Shown in pieces: positions 16,011 to 26,200 of a DNA stretch of 32,000 nucleotides. The DNA lies in contig NC_014034.1 in assembly GCF_000021865.1 (NCBI RefSeq), positions 1,350,001 through 1,382,000 on the forward strand. Reading direction: 5' to 3'. How positions within the stretch are numbered: the stretch's first letter is position 1; every line of letters begins with the position of its first letter. Both the position numbers and the translations under genes were made by a program. Under the pieces are notes generated by a model. The model ran no database searches, was not told the DNA's origin, and saw nothing but the letters and a program-made list of their open reading frames with translations. Origin of the DNA: Rhodobacter capsulatus SB 1003 (GTDB lineage Bacteria > Pseudomonadota > Alphaproteobacteria > Rhodobacterales > Rhodobacteraceae).

Positions 16011-18437
16011 GTGACAGGAGTGACCGATACCCGTCGCCTTGTGTTTTACGACGCTGAGGGGGCACTGTATTTTCCGGTGCGTGACGGCGGCACGGGGAAG
16101 TCGATCTTCAAGATCAAGCCCAAGGGGGCCAGCAACCGCGCCGAGGACGCCATCCATCTTGAGGATTGGCTTGACGTCGCGCGGGCGATGCTGATCGACG
16201 GTCTGGCCGCGCGCTGCAGGGCCTTGTCCGGTGGACCGATCAATTACCTGCGGTTCGGGGCGCAAAAGCTGGTGCGCTACGAACTCGACCCGGAGTTGGC
16301 GGAAGCCTTGGGTATTGCGCCCACGGGTGTTGCCGGAGAGGAGACATCCGAAGTCTCCCGCGCCGCCATCGAGGCCGCGATGGATGCTTTTGACGCTTGG
16401 CGCCAGACCGGCGCGCAGGATGAGATCTTCGGCGCCTTTGGTGAGCCGCGCGACTATTGGGTGCGCTCGACGCGGGACCGGGAAAACCGGGTCTATCCGA
16501 CGAAACCCCTCGTTGGCTACCTGCGCGGCAAGACCGATCTGAGCGGCGGTTGGGGGCAACGGAACGACGCGGCGTCCTTCCTGCACAATGCAGGCTTCAT
16601 CATCGTCGATGCCGAGGATCGGCCCGTGCCCCCGCCCGAGCGTTACGACCACCTGATCCGCGATGCCGAGCGTGTCCGGCTGTGCGCGCGCAACTATCAC
16701 ATCGAGCCGGGGCGGGAGCAGGGGGCGGCCGAGGTCTCGATCCGCTCCGGCGATCTGGCCCGCGAAATGGGGCTGGAAAACGCCTTTCCGACCATTTGTG
16801 ACGCGCTGGGCGGCGCGAAATTCCAGACGCTTTGCGCCCTGCCGCCGCCCCGGTTCACCACGCCGAACCCGAGCAGCACCACAACCTTCACCTATGCCCT
16901 TGCCGCAGATGGGATCACGCCCACCATGACCGCCCCCGATCAAGCCCCCGTTCCCCCCACCAACCTGATCCTTTACGGCCCGCCCGGCACCGGCAAGACC
17001 TATGCGACGGCCTGGGAGGCGGTGAAGCTCTGCCTTGGCGCGGCGGCCGATCCCCTGCGCGACGATCGCAAGGCATTGATGGCCGAATACAAGCGGCTCT
17101 GCGAGGAGGGCCGGATCGAGTTCACCACCTTCCACCAGTCGATGTCCTACGAGGATTTCGTGGAAGGGCTCAGGCCGGTGACGGACGAGGGCGGATCGGG
17201 CTTCCGGCTCACACCGCGCGACGGCATCTTCAAGGAGATCAGCCGCCGGGCTTCCACCCGCCCGGATGATGATTTCGACCTGCCCGAGATCGACCGCAGC
17301 CGCCCGATCTTCAAGCTGAACATGATCGGCAAGGGCTGGCGGCCCGGTTACGATGTCTCGATCGCGACGGGGCGGATCTATTGGCTGTTCGGCGGCAAGC
17401 TGGATTGGTCCGATCCCCGGTTCGAGGACAAAGAGGCACTCGCGGCCCGTTGGCGTGAAACCTATCCCGAAGCGACGCTCAACCATGCCAGCATCGGAGG
17501 TACGCATTATTTTCGTTACGGTGCAAAAATCGGCGATTACGTTGCGCTGACGCATGGGCTGGACAGGGTGTTCGCCTTCGGGCGCATCACCGGGGATTAC
17601 GAATATCGCCCCGATCTTGCCCGTCCGGAGGTGGAAGACAGCCCCAACAGCCGGACCGTGGACTGGCTCTGGTCTGATCCCGTGGGCGTCGAGAGGGCGG
17701 CTTTCTACTCCGGCGCCTTCAATCCTGCGCACCCGCTTTGCGTGCTGAACGACAGTTTCGACCACGATGCCTTCGAAGCCGCGATCTTCGGAACCAAGGG
17801 CATTGCCGAACCCCATGTCCTGATCATCGACGAGATCAACCGCGCCAACATTTCCAAAGTTTTTGGCGAACTGATCACGCTGCTCGAAGCCGACAAGCGG
17901 CTTGGAGCGGCAAATGAAATCCGTCTGCGGCTGCCCTATTCCGGGCGCAACTTCGGGGTGCCCGCGAACCTGCACATCATCGGCACGATGAACACCGCCG
18001 ACCGCTCGATCGCGCTTCTGGACACCGCGCTGCGTCGCCGTTTCACTTTCCGCGAACTCATGCCCGACGCCTCGGTTCTGCCTGTCGATTGCGGCGGAGT
18101 GAACTTGCAAAAGCTGCTTGCCACGCTGAACGCCCGCATAGAATACTTCTTCGACCGCGAGCATCAGATCGGCCACGCCTATTTCACCGCCTGCACCACG
18201 CGCGACGACGTGGCCGAGGTGATGCGCTTCAAGATCATCCCGCTTCTGGCGGAATATTTCTACGAGGACTGGGGCAAGGTCGCGGCCGTTCTGGGCGATG
18301 GCTCGGGGCGCCCCGAGCGGTTCCTGCGCGCGGTGCCTCTTGAGCCGCCGTTCGGCTTGGGCGAGGAGGACATCGACGACAAGAAGGTCAGCTGGCAGAT
18401 CCTCGAAACGTTCGACTTTGCCGATTGCGCCGCATGA
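16011..18437 (+). CDS. mcrB: McrB-family AAA+ GTPase subunit of a type IV restriction system, 808 aa
   Basis: GTG 16011 is preceded by GGAGGA (15999-16004). Motifs: Walker A LILYGPPGTGKT, FHQSMSYEDFVEG, Walker B LIIDEINRANISKVFGE, McrB signature GTMNTADRSIALLDTALRRRF. The ORF-track start at 15840 (TTG) would overlap the divergent regulator and is rejected. Confidence 0.85.
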   Translation: MTGVTDTRRLVFYDAEGALYFPVRDGGTGKSIFKIKPKGASNRAEDAIHLEDWLDVARAMLIDGLAARCRALSGGPINYLRFGAQKLVRYELDPELAEALGIAPTGVAGEETSEVSRAAIEAAMDAFDAWRQTGAQDEIFGAFGEPRDYWVRSTRDRENRVYPTKPLVGYLRGKTDLSGGWGQRNDAASFLHNAGFIIVDAEDRPVPPPERYDHLIRDAERVRLCARNYHIEPGREQGAAEVSIRSGDLAREMGLENAFPTICDALGGAKFQTLCALPPPRFTTPNPSSTTTFTYALAADGITPTMTAPDQAPVPPTNLILYGPPGTGKTYATAWEAVKLCLGAAADPLRDDRKALMAEYKRLCEEGRIEFTTFHQSMSYEDFVEGLRPVTDEGGSGFRLTPRDGIFKEISRRASTRPDDDFDLPEIDRSRPIFKLNMIGKGWRPGYDVSIATGRIYWLFGGKLDWSDPRFEDKEALAARWRETYPEATLNHASIGGTHYFRYGAKIGDYVALTHGLDRVFAFGRITGDYEYRPDLARPEVEDSPNSRTVDWLWSDPVGVERAAFYSGAFNPAHPLCVLNDSFDHDAFEAAIFGTKGIAEPHVLIIDEINRANISKVFGELITLLEADKRLGAANEIRLRLPYSGRNFGVPANLHIIGTMNTADRSIALLDTALRRRFTFRELMPDASVLPVDCGGVNLQKLLATLNARIEYFFDREHQIGHAYFTACTTRDDVAEVMRFKIIPLLAEYFYEDWGKVAAVLGDGSGRPERFLRAVPLEPPFGLGEEDIDDKKVSWQILETFDFADCAA

Positions 18438-19741
18438 CCCAGTTTCACCTGCGCGAATGGGACCGGCTGCCCTTCGGCTCCGGGCCGGGGCAGATCCCCG
18501 AGCCCTTGGCCGAGCGGCTGGTCACTGTCGCCAAGGCCTCGCCCTTCGCCGGGTCGGGCGAGGGCGGGGTGCTTGAACATCTCCGCCATCACATCCGGGC
18601 GCGCGGCGTGGTGGGGGTGATCGCGGCCCCCGGGGTCAGCCTCGAGATTTTGCCCAAGATCGACCTGCCCCCGGGCGAAGCTGGAGAGACGCGCGAGACG
18701 GGCGATGCGGCGGTGCGCAGGCGACTGATCCACATGCTGGCCGTGGCGCTTGATCTGCGGCTCGATCTGGGCGCCGTCACCGGGCTCTCGTGGCAAAAGG
18801 AAACGCTCCTCGACATCCTGATCCGCATCTTCGCCGACAAGCTGACCGAGGCTTTGCGCCGGGGGATGCCGCGCCGCTACACCGGCCTTGAAGACGACCT
18901 GCCCGCCCTGCGCGGGCGACTCGACGTGACGCGGCAGTTCACCGCCCATGCCGTCAACCCGGCGCGGCTTGCCTGCCGCTTCGACGCGCTGAGCGAGGAT
19001 ATCGTGCTCAATCGCATCCTCAAGGCGACAGTCACGCATCTGGCGCGGATGACCGGCTCGGGTGCGCTGCGGGGACGGTTGCGGGAACTGGCCTTCGTCT
19101 ATGCCGACATCGCCGATGTGGCCCCGGCGGCGCTTGAATGGGACAAGGTCGTGCTGGATCGCACCAACCGCGCCTGGGCCGAGCTTCTGGCGATGGCGCG
19201 GCTCTTTCTGCAAAACCGCTATCAGACTACCTCGCTTGGCCGGGCCGAGGGGACGGCGCTTCTGTTCGAGATGGATGCGCTGTTCGAGGATTACATAGGG
19301 CGGCTGATCCGTCGGGGCGTGCAAAGCAGCGGCTTGAAGGTGACCTTGCAAGGCGGCGGTCTTTATTGCCTCGACGACGCGGGGCGCGGGCTTTTCCGCA
19401 CCAAACCCGACATCCTGATCCGGAGTAGCGGGCAGGTGGTGCAGGTGATCGACACGAAATGGAAGCGAATTTCGGCGCGGATCGAGGATGCGAAACAGGG
19501 CGTCTCGCAGGCCGATGTCTATCAGATGATGGCCTATGCCCAGCTTTACCGCGCCCCCCGAGTAACGCTGCTTTACCCCCATCATCAAGGGCTTGCGACG
19601 CCCGAGGGGGTGCAGGCGCGGTTCACGATCTCGGGGCGCCCGACCGTGGTTGAGACCGCCTCGATCGACGTGGGGCAGGGGGCTGGCATGGCCGCGCGGC
19701 TGGCCGCGCTGGTGCTGCCGGAGGCGGTGCTGCAAGGGTGA
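18434..19741 (+). CDS. mcrC: McrC-family PD-(D/E)xK nuclease subunit
   Basis: ATG 18434 overlaps the mcrB stop (ATGA). KPDILIRSSGQVVQVIDTKWKRI and QADVYQMMAYAQLY form the McrC catalytic D...D-x-K plus YQ..aY pattern. Confidence 0.85.
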   Translation: MTQFHLREWDRLPFGSGPGQIPEPLAERLVTVAKASPFAGSGEGGVLEHLRHHIRARGVVGVIAAPGVSLEILPKIDLPPGEAGETRETGDAAVRRRLIHMLAVALDLRLDLGAVTGLSWQKETLLDILIRIFADKLTEALRRGMPRRYTGLEDDLPALRGRLDVTRQFTAHAVNPARLACRFDALSEDIVLNRILKATVTHLARMTGSGALRGRLRELAFVYADIADVAPAALEWDKVVLDRTNRAWAELLAMARLFLQNRYQTTSLGRAEGTALLFEMDALFEDYIGRLIRRGVQSSGLKVTLQGGGLYCLDDAGRGLFRTKPDILIRSSGQVVQVIDTKWKRISARIEDAKQGVSQADVYQMMAYAQLYRAPRVTLLYPHHQGLATPEGVQARFTISGRPTVVETASIDVGQGAGMAARLAALVLPEAVLQG

Positions 19742-19801
19742 CAGGTTTTGGCGCATCTCTAGATCAATGTGGGGCAAGCCCTTTTGATCCGGAGATATGC
19801 C

Positions 19802-20524
19802 ATGCAGATGAATCACCTTGCCTTTGCCCGTTCCCCCTCGCTGCGTGTGTCGCTCAAGCGCGGTCTGGCGCGGCAGGCGCTGTCCGAGGCCGGAGCCGTC
19901 CCGATCGACATGGCCCGGCTGATCGCGCTGGCCAGCGACTTTCGCCCCAACCGCAAGGCGCTTGATCGGCTGGGGGGGCGCATCGGCCGTCTGCCCGGCG
20001 TGGTGCGGGTGCGGCTTTGCCCAGATCCGCTGCGCCTCGTGGTGGTCACCCGTGCTCCGCATGGCGTCGTCACCTGCCACGCGGGCGTCGAGCAATTCCG
20101 CGAGGAGAGCCTGCTTTATGTGCGCATGGAGGTCGGGATCGAGGCCGGGCGGGTGATGTTCGGCTTCACCGCCCTGAGCTATTGCCTGCATGCGATCGAA
20201 CGTCTGGTCGAACGCACCGACCTGCCGCTGCATCAGCCGCTGTTGCCCGTTCTGGATGCCGAAGCCTGCGCGGGCTTTGCCGATCTGATGGCCGGGCGGG
20301 AATTGACCGAGGCCGAGGCCACATTCCTGCCGGCGCAGGCCGAAGGGGTTTGGGTGGTCTCGTCCGACTGGATGGCCTTCGACACCGACTGGGGGCTGAC
20401 CTGCCTCGAGCCGCGCGGCATCCCGATGCACTCGATCCGCACCTTCCTTGCGCCCGAACAGATGCGCCCGACGCTCTGGCTGCGCTGGCGCGACAACCCG
20501 ACCTGCCGGATGGCACAGGGCTGA
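19802..20524 (+). CDS. Hypothetical protein (240 aa), no recognisable domain
   Basis: ATG 19802 is preceded by GGAGA (19791-19795). GC3-rich codons are consistent with coding. It starts 60 nt downstream of mcrC. Confidence 0.55.
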   Translation: MQMNHLAFARSPSLRVSLKRGLARQALSEAGAVPIDMARLIALASDFRPNRKALDRLGGRIGRLPGVVRVRLCPDPLRLVVVTRAPHGVVTCHAGVEQFREESLLYVRMEVGIEAGRVMFGFTALSYCLHAIERLVERTDLPLHQPLLPVLDAEACAGFADLMAGRELTEAEATFLPAQAEGVWVVSSDWMAFDTDWGLTCLEPRGIPMHSIRTFLAPEQMRPTLWLRWRDNPTCRMAQG

Positions 20525-20580
20525 GCAATGCGCCGGCGCCGATCGCCTTGGGGCGGGGTGTCACGTTTTATCAGCTGCCT

Positions 20581-20609
20581 TTGCCATGCTATTGCCAAAT
20601 CTGTATAAT
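20581..20609 (+). promoter_or_regulatory. sigma70-like promoter TTGCCA-N17-TATAAT
   Basis: TTGCCA at 20581-20586, a 17-nt spacer, and TATAAT at 20604-20609, in a local AT-rich patch. This predicts a start only a few nt before ATG 20621, giving a very short or absent leader. Confidence 0.45.
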
Positions 20610-20620
20610 TTGTGAGCGCC

Positions 20621-23236
20621 ATGAGACTGAGCCCGTTGCAGACTGCCTCGCCGGTGACCGGCGCCATCCGCCCGCTGACCACGGGGCTCTTGCGCGACAG
20701 CTACCTTGTGCCCCGTGCTGCCTTCGATCCCGATGCGGTCCTTGCGGCGCGGCCGGGTGCGCCCTGGGCGCAAAGCCTGGCCGTCGCGCCGGTGGAAACC
20801 GCGCTTGCGGTGCGTCGCGCGCTTGAGGCTCTGGCGCGCGCGACCGAGACCCTGACGCCTGCAGAGGTGCAGCCCGACCGCCTGCCCGAGGGGCGGGCGC
20901 GGGCGCATCTTGGCGCGCTCTGCGATCTCTGGTCCGATCTGGGCGGCGCGCTGCCCGAGGATTTGCACGTCTGGCGCCATGTGATCACGGCCGAGGCCGG
21001 GGCGGCGCTCGAACCGCTGCCGCTTCTGGCGCCGATCGACTGCCCCCATGCCACCGCTGCCGAAACGGCGTTGGCGCAGGCGCTGGTGCGCCAGCACGGG
21101 TTGGCCCCCGAGGCAGTGTCTGCGGCGTGGCTCGCCCGTCAACCGTCGCAATCGGCCTGTGCTACTGGCGCGCTGGGCCATGTGCAGGCCAACCTGACCG
21201 GCCTTGCCGCGCCCATTGCTCCCGACACCAGCCTGCAGATCTTCGGCTTGCGCGATCCGATGGAAGAGGCCGATTTCGCCGCTGCCACCGTGCAAGGCTG
21301 GCTTGACCGCGGCACCATCGACCACGCCGCGGAGGTGGGGCTGCTCGTGCCCGAGGATCCCGCCTATGCCTGCGCGCTGGCCGAGGCGTTCGAGCGGGTC
21401 GGCCTGCCGCTGTCGGGGGCTCCGGTGGGGGCGATCCTGCGCGACCCGGCGGCCGATCTGATCGCGGCGCTGCTGCCCGTGTTGCGCGGCCCCGCGCCGC
21501 GCACGGCGCTGGCCAGCGTCGTCATTTCGCCGCTGATGCCCTGGCCCGCCGCCACCGGCCGCGCCATTGCGCGTGATCTGATCGCGCGGGGGTATTCGCG
21601 GCTCTGGCGCGAGCTTGACGGCGCCGGTGCCGCGCTGCTCAATGCGCTGCGCCCGGTGGCCAGCCTGCCCGCGCTCTTCGCGCGGCTGGGCGAGATCGAC
21701 ACGCTCATCACCCCGCCCGGCAGCCTGCGCCTGCAGATCGCGCTTTTGCGCAGCCAAGGCGGCGAGCGCCCCGATTGGCCAGCACTTCTGGCCCTTGTCG
21801 CGCCTCTGCCGTTGCCCGGGATCGCCGCGCCGCGCACCGTCGAGGGGGTCAGCGTGTTCACCGAGAACGACCTGCCCTGGCGCTCGGTGCGGCGGCTGAT
21901 CGTCCTCGGGATGCAGGGGCGCAGCTGGCCTCGGCCGCAACCTGCGAACCCGTTCTTCACCGAGACCGAGATTGCGTTGATCGGCACCGCCACCGGGCTG
22001 CATCTTCCCGGCCGCGCCCGAGAGACCGCGCGTCGGCTGGAACTCTTTCGCCGCCAGCTTTGCGCTGCGACCGAGGCGGCGGTGCTTCTGGCCCCGGCGC
22101 GCGATATGGCGGGGGCACGGCTGCCGCCCAGCACGGCGCTTGCGCTGATCGCCCGGCTTCTGGGCCAAACCGATCCGGCGCATCTGGTGGTCGATCCGCG
22201 CCAATTGTCCCCCTCCGCGCAGCCCTTCGCGCTGACCCCGCGCACCCCCGACGCGCACGCCGGGCGCCCCGATCTGCCTGAGAGTGGCGATGTCACGCTG
22301 GGCCGCGATCTTCTGGCCTTGAAAGGCGCGGCCGGGGCGGATCCGCCGCCGCAATCGCCGAGCCAGCTCGAGACCCTGATCGTCTCGCCGCTGGCCTGGC
22401 TTCTGGCCGAGATCGACGCGCGCGATCGCATCTGGTCGCCGGAAACGCTGGATGTTCTGGTGCTGGGGACCGTGGTGCATGGCGTGCTCGAACGCGTTTT
22501 TCCGCCCGAGACGCCGCCCCCCGCGCCCGAGGACATGCCGCGCCTGACCGAGGCGGCCCTGGCCGAGGTGATCGCGCGCAAGGCTTCCTGGCTTGCCGAA
22601 CCGGCCTGGGCTGCCGAACGCGCGAGCCTTGCGCGCGAGGCGCTGCGGGTGGTGCAGGGCTGGGCGCGGTTTCTGACCGAGACCGGCGCGATGACGCTGG
22701 CGAACGAGATTTCGCTGGCGGGCGATCACGGCGGGCTCCTCATGGCCGGTCGCGCCGACGGTCTGTTGCGCCTGCCCGACGGGCGGCATCTGGTGATCGA
22801 TCACAAGCGCGGCACGTCCGGCAAGCGGCGCCGTCGGATGCAGCTGGGCTGGGATCTGCAGGTCGCGCTCTATCGTGCGATGCTCGAACGTCCGAGTCAG
22901 ACTTCGGCCCTGACCGACGCGGTGGCGTCCGGTTCGCCGATCGTCACCGCCTATCACACAACGCTTGATGGTGCGGTGCTGACCGACGGGGCCGGGGCGG
23001 GGCTGGCGCGTGCCGAATGCCCCGCAACCGACCCCGCACGCGAAGCGCTGGCGCATCTGGTCGAGGTGACGGCCGAGGTCGGCGCTGGGCGGCTGCGGCT
23101 CAATACTGCGAGCGATGCGGTGCGGTTTGAAAAGGAGCGCGGCATCACCGCCTATGCTCTGGCGGGCGATGAGCTGATTGCCGCGCTCATGCTGCCCGAG
23201 CCGGAGGACGCGGCCGAGGAGGGGATCGATGACTGA
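20621..23236 (+). CDS. AddB/RexB-like subunit: degenerate helicase fold + C-terminal PD-(D/E)xK nuclease
   Basis: No Walker A is visible. VSVFTENDLPWRSVRRLIVLGMQGRSWP resembles the AddB 2A-domain block. C-terminal nuclease motifs: GTVVHGVLE, GRADGLLRLPDGRHLVIDHKRG, QVALYRAML. The stop overlaps the start of the downstream helicase by 8 nt. The start could be GTG 20612. Confidence 0.65.
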   Translation: MRLSPLQTASPVTGAIRPLTTGLLRDSYLVPRAAFDPDAVLAARPGAPWAQSLAVAPVETALAVRRALEALARATETLTPAEVQPDRLPEGRARAHLGALCDLWSDLGGALPEDLHVWRHVITAEAGAALEPLPLLAPIDCPHATAAETALAQALVRQHGLAPEAVSAAWLARQPSQSACATGALGHVQANLTGLAAPIAPDTSLQIFGLRDPMEEADFAAATVQGWLDRGTIDHAAEVGLLVPEDPAYACALAEAFERVGLPLSGAPVGAILRDPAADLIAALLPVLRGPAPRTALASVVISPLMPWPAATGRAIARDLIARGYSRLWRELDGAGAALLNALRPVASLPALFARLGEIDTLITPPGSLRLQIALLRSQGGERPDWPALLALVAPLPLPGIAAPRTVEGVSVFTENDLPWRSVRRLIVLGMQGRSWPRPQPANPFFTETEIALIGTATGLHLPGRARETARRLELFRRQLCAATEAAVLLAPARDMAGARLPPSTALALIARLLGQTDPAHLVVDPRQLSPSAQPFALTPRTPDAHAGRPDLPESGDVTLGRDLLALKGAAGADPPPQSPSQLETLIVSPLAWLLAEIDARDRIWSPETLDVLVLGTVVHGVLERVFPPETPPPAPEDMPRLTEAALAEVIARKASWLAEPAWAAERASLAREALRVVQGWARFLTETGAMTLANEISLAGDHGGLLMAGRADGLLRLPDGRHLVIDHKRGTSGKRRRRMQLGWDLQVALYRAMLERPSQTSALTDAVASGSPIVTAYHTTLDGAVLTDGAGAGLARAECPATDPAREALAHLVEVTAEVGAGRLRLNTASDAVRFEKERGITAYALAGDELIAALMLPEPEDAAEEGIDD

Positions 23237-26200
23237 TCTGACGCTTGTTCCTGCTGGCGCCGGGGCCGGCAAGACCACCCGCATCCAGCGCACCGTGGCG
23301 GGCTGGGTCAGCGCGGGTCTGGTCGCGCCGGGGCGCATTCTGGCGGTGACCTTCACCGAGGCGGCGGCGGCGGAACTCAAGGCGCGCATCCGCGCCCAAC
23401 TGATCGCGCAAGATCAGGTCGCCGAGGCGCTTGAGTTGGAACGCGCCTACATCGGCACGATCCACGGCCTTGGCCAGCGGCTCTTGACGGAACATGCCTT
23501 CGGCGCCGGGCGCGCACCGGTCAGCCGGCTGCTGACCGAAGCCGAACGCGATCTGCTGATCCGGCTGCAGATGGGCGGCTGTGGTCCGCTGCAAGAGGTG
23601 ATGGGCGATCTTGCGCGGTTTGGCTACGCGTGGAACCGGCAGACCGGGGCCAGCGCCGAGGATCAGTTCCGCGCCGATGTGCTGCGCACGATCGATCTGT
23701 TGCGCGGGCTTGGCGCGCGGGGCGCGAGCCCCGATGTGCTGGCGGGCGCGCTTGCGGCGCTTGACGCCGGATACGGCCCGCGCGCAGCTGAAGGTGCCCC
23801 CCTGACTGACGCGTTGCGCCGCGCCGCGCAGGCATTGCTGGCGCGGTTTCCCGAAGGGATCGCCGATCAGGCCACGAGCGATGCGGCGATCAAGGCCTTC
23901 CGCGACGACCATGCCCGGTTGCGCCGCGCCGCCGAAACCGATGCGCTCAACAGCGACTGGGGCCTGTGGCAGAAGTTGCGCACGCTGCGCCAATCGAAAC
24001 GCGGTGCCCCCACGCCCGAGGGCTATGACGCGCTCGCGCAGGGGGTGATGGAGGCGGCCGAGGCGCTGCTGATCCATCCCGGCCCGCTCACCGATGCCCG
24101 CGCGCATCTGGCCGCGCTGATCCACGGCGCGCAGGCTCTTATGGCGGGCTATGACGCGGCCAAACGCGCGGGCGGGCTGATCGATTTCGCCGACATGATC
24201 ACCGAGACCGAGGCGCTGCTCGCGGCCCGCCCCGAGATCCTTGCCGCGACGCTGGGCGAGATCGACTGCGTGGTGATCGACGAGTTTCAGGACACCAACC
24301 CGGTGCAATTCTCGCTGCTGTGGCGGCTCGCGCGGGGGGCGGCCCGCGCGCTGATCGTGGGTGATACGAAACAGGCGATCATGCGGTTTCAGGGCGCCGA
24401 TCCGCGGCTTTCGGGCGCCCTGCACGCGGCCTGCCCCGAGGCGGTCGATCCGCTTGATCACAATTACCGCTCCGATCCGCGGATCATGCGTTTCGTCAAC
24501 GCGCTTGGCCCGGTGCTGTTTCCCGAAGGCTACGACGCACTTGCGCCCCATCGCGCCGAAACCGGCGTTCCCGCGCTCGAGGCGCTGGTGCTGCCGAAGG
24601 CGAAAAAGGATGTCAGCGCGCCGTGCATCGCGGCCCATGTCGCGGCGCTGCTGCACGAGGGGGCGCAGGTGAGCGACCGTGCCACAGGCCAGTTGCGCGC
24701 GGCGCAGCCCTCGGATGTGGCAGTGCTGTGCTACACCGCCGCCAAGGCGGCCAGCGTCGCCAAGGCCCTGCGTGCCGAAGGATTTGCGGTGCGAATTCAA
24801 GCCGATGGCTGGCGTGCCGCGCCGATCATCCGGGTGGTGCGGGCGGCGTTGGCGCTGGTGGCTGACCCCGAGGACAGCCATGCCGCGCTGCGCTATCTCA
24901 CCCTTGGTCCGGCGCGCTTGCCGCTGCAAGCCGCGTTGACGCTTGCGATCGATGGCGCGCTTGCGACCCATGCCGGGCTGGCGCCGCTCTTGTCGCTGGC
25001 CGAGGACGCCCCGCATCTGACCGTCGCGGCGCTGCTGTCGAAAATCATCCCGGCGGCGGGTCTGCGCGACTGGGCCGCAACGCTCGAGGCGCCCGCGCAG
25101 GCGCTGGCCGATCTGGCCCGGTTCGAGGCCGAGGCGCAGGCCTTCGACGCGCTCGCCGCCGATCTGAAGGCGGCGGCGGGGTTTCATGGCGCCTCGGCGC
25201 AGGTGTTTCTGGGCTGGCTTGCGGCACAGACCGGGCGCGATGTCGACCGCCATCCCGATGCCGCCGGCTGGTCCGCGCCGGGGATCGAGATCTGCACCTG
25301 GCATGCCGCGAAGGGGCGGGAATGGCCGATCACCGTGGTGGCCGGGCTCGATTACAAGTTCATCGCCCGTCCCAATACCCTGCGCGCCGAATTCGACGGT
25401 TTCGACGATCTGGATGCGGTGCTAGATCATGCCGGGCTCGGCTGGCTGCCCGATTTTGCAGCGCCCGAAAAGCAGGCGGCCTTTGCCGAGGCGCTGGTGG
25501 CTGACGACGAACGCGACGCTGCGCGTGAACTCTATGTGGCGCTGACCCGGGCGCGCGACCGGCTGATCCTCGCCCTGCCGACTGCACCCTCGAAGGAAAA
25601 GCCGCGCCCGGAGCGGATGGTCGATCTGCTGCGCGCCCGCAGCGGGCTTGCTACCACCACCGACGGCACGGGCCTGACGATCTGCGGCGAAAGCTTCCCG
25701 GCGCGGGTGGTGATGGCCGCCGATCCTGACGCTGGCGCCGAGGCTGCCCCCGATCCGCAGCCGGTGCCGCGCTTTGGGCTTGCCCGCCCGCATCCCGGCA
25801 CGCCACTGCGGCTTTGGCGCACCACCCCCTCGGGTCTCATTGCGCCCGCAGATGCCGCCCGGCCCAACCTGCGCCTCATCGCCCTTGGCGCAGCGGTGCG
25901 GCGTCAGCGCGACGGCTTCGATCTGGCGACCGAGCGCGGTTCGGCCTGGCACCTTGCCTTTCGCGTCGCCGCCGAGCGCCCCGAACGTCTGGCCGAGGTC
26001 GGCCCCGCCACCGGTCTTGCCCCCGACACCGTGGCCCAGATCGCGGCGCAGGCGGCGGCTCTGCGGCACTGGCTTCTGGCCGAGGGGTTTGACCGGCTGC
26101 ATTTCGAACTGCCCTTGCAGGAAATCGCTGCCGATGGCTCGGAGATCAACGCCATCGTCGATCTTCTGGCCGAGGGGCCGCAGGGGCTGTTGATCGTCGA

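Noticed and set aside
20561-23389. 942-aa minus-strand ORF. Similar long antisense ORFs occur at 25422-27464, 18260-20431, 15903-18176, 23187-25304, 29452-30954, 27513-28526, 3668-5602, 1341-2972, 11333-12832, 14869-15843 and 8857-9981.
   Set aside because: All lie opposite genes with clear family motifs. They have Arg/Pro/Gly-rich, motif-free translations and lack the GC3 bias of the sense frames. They are high-GC shadow ORFs.
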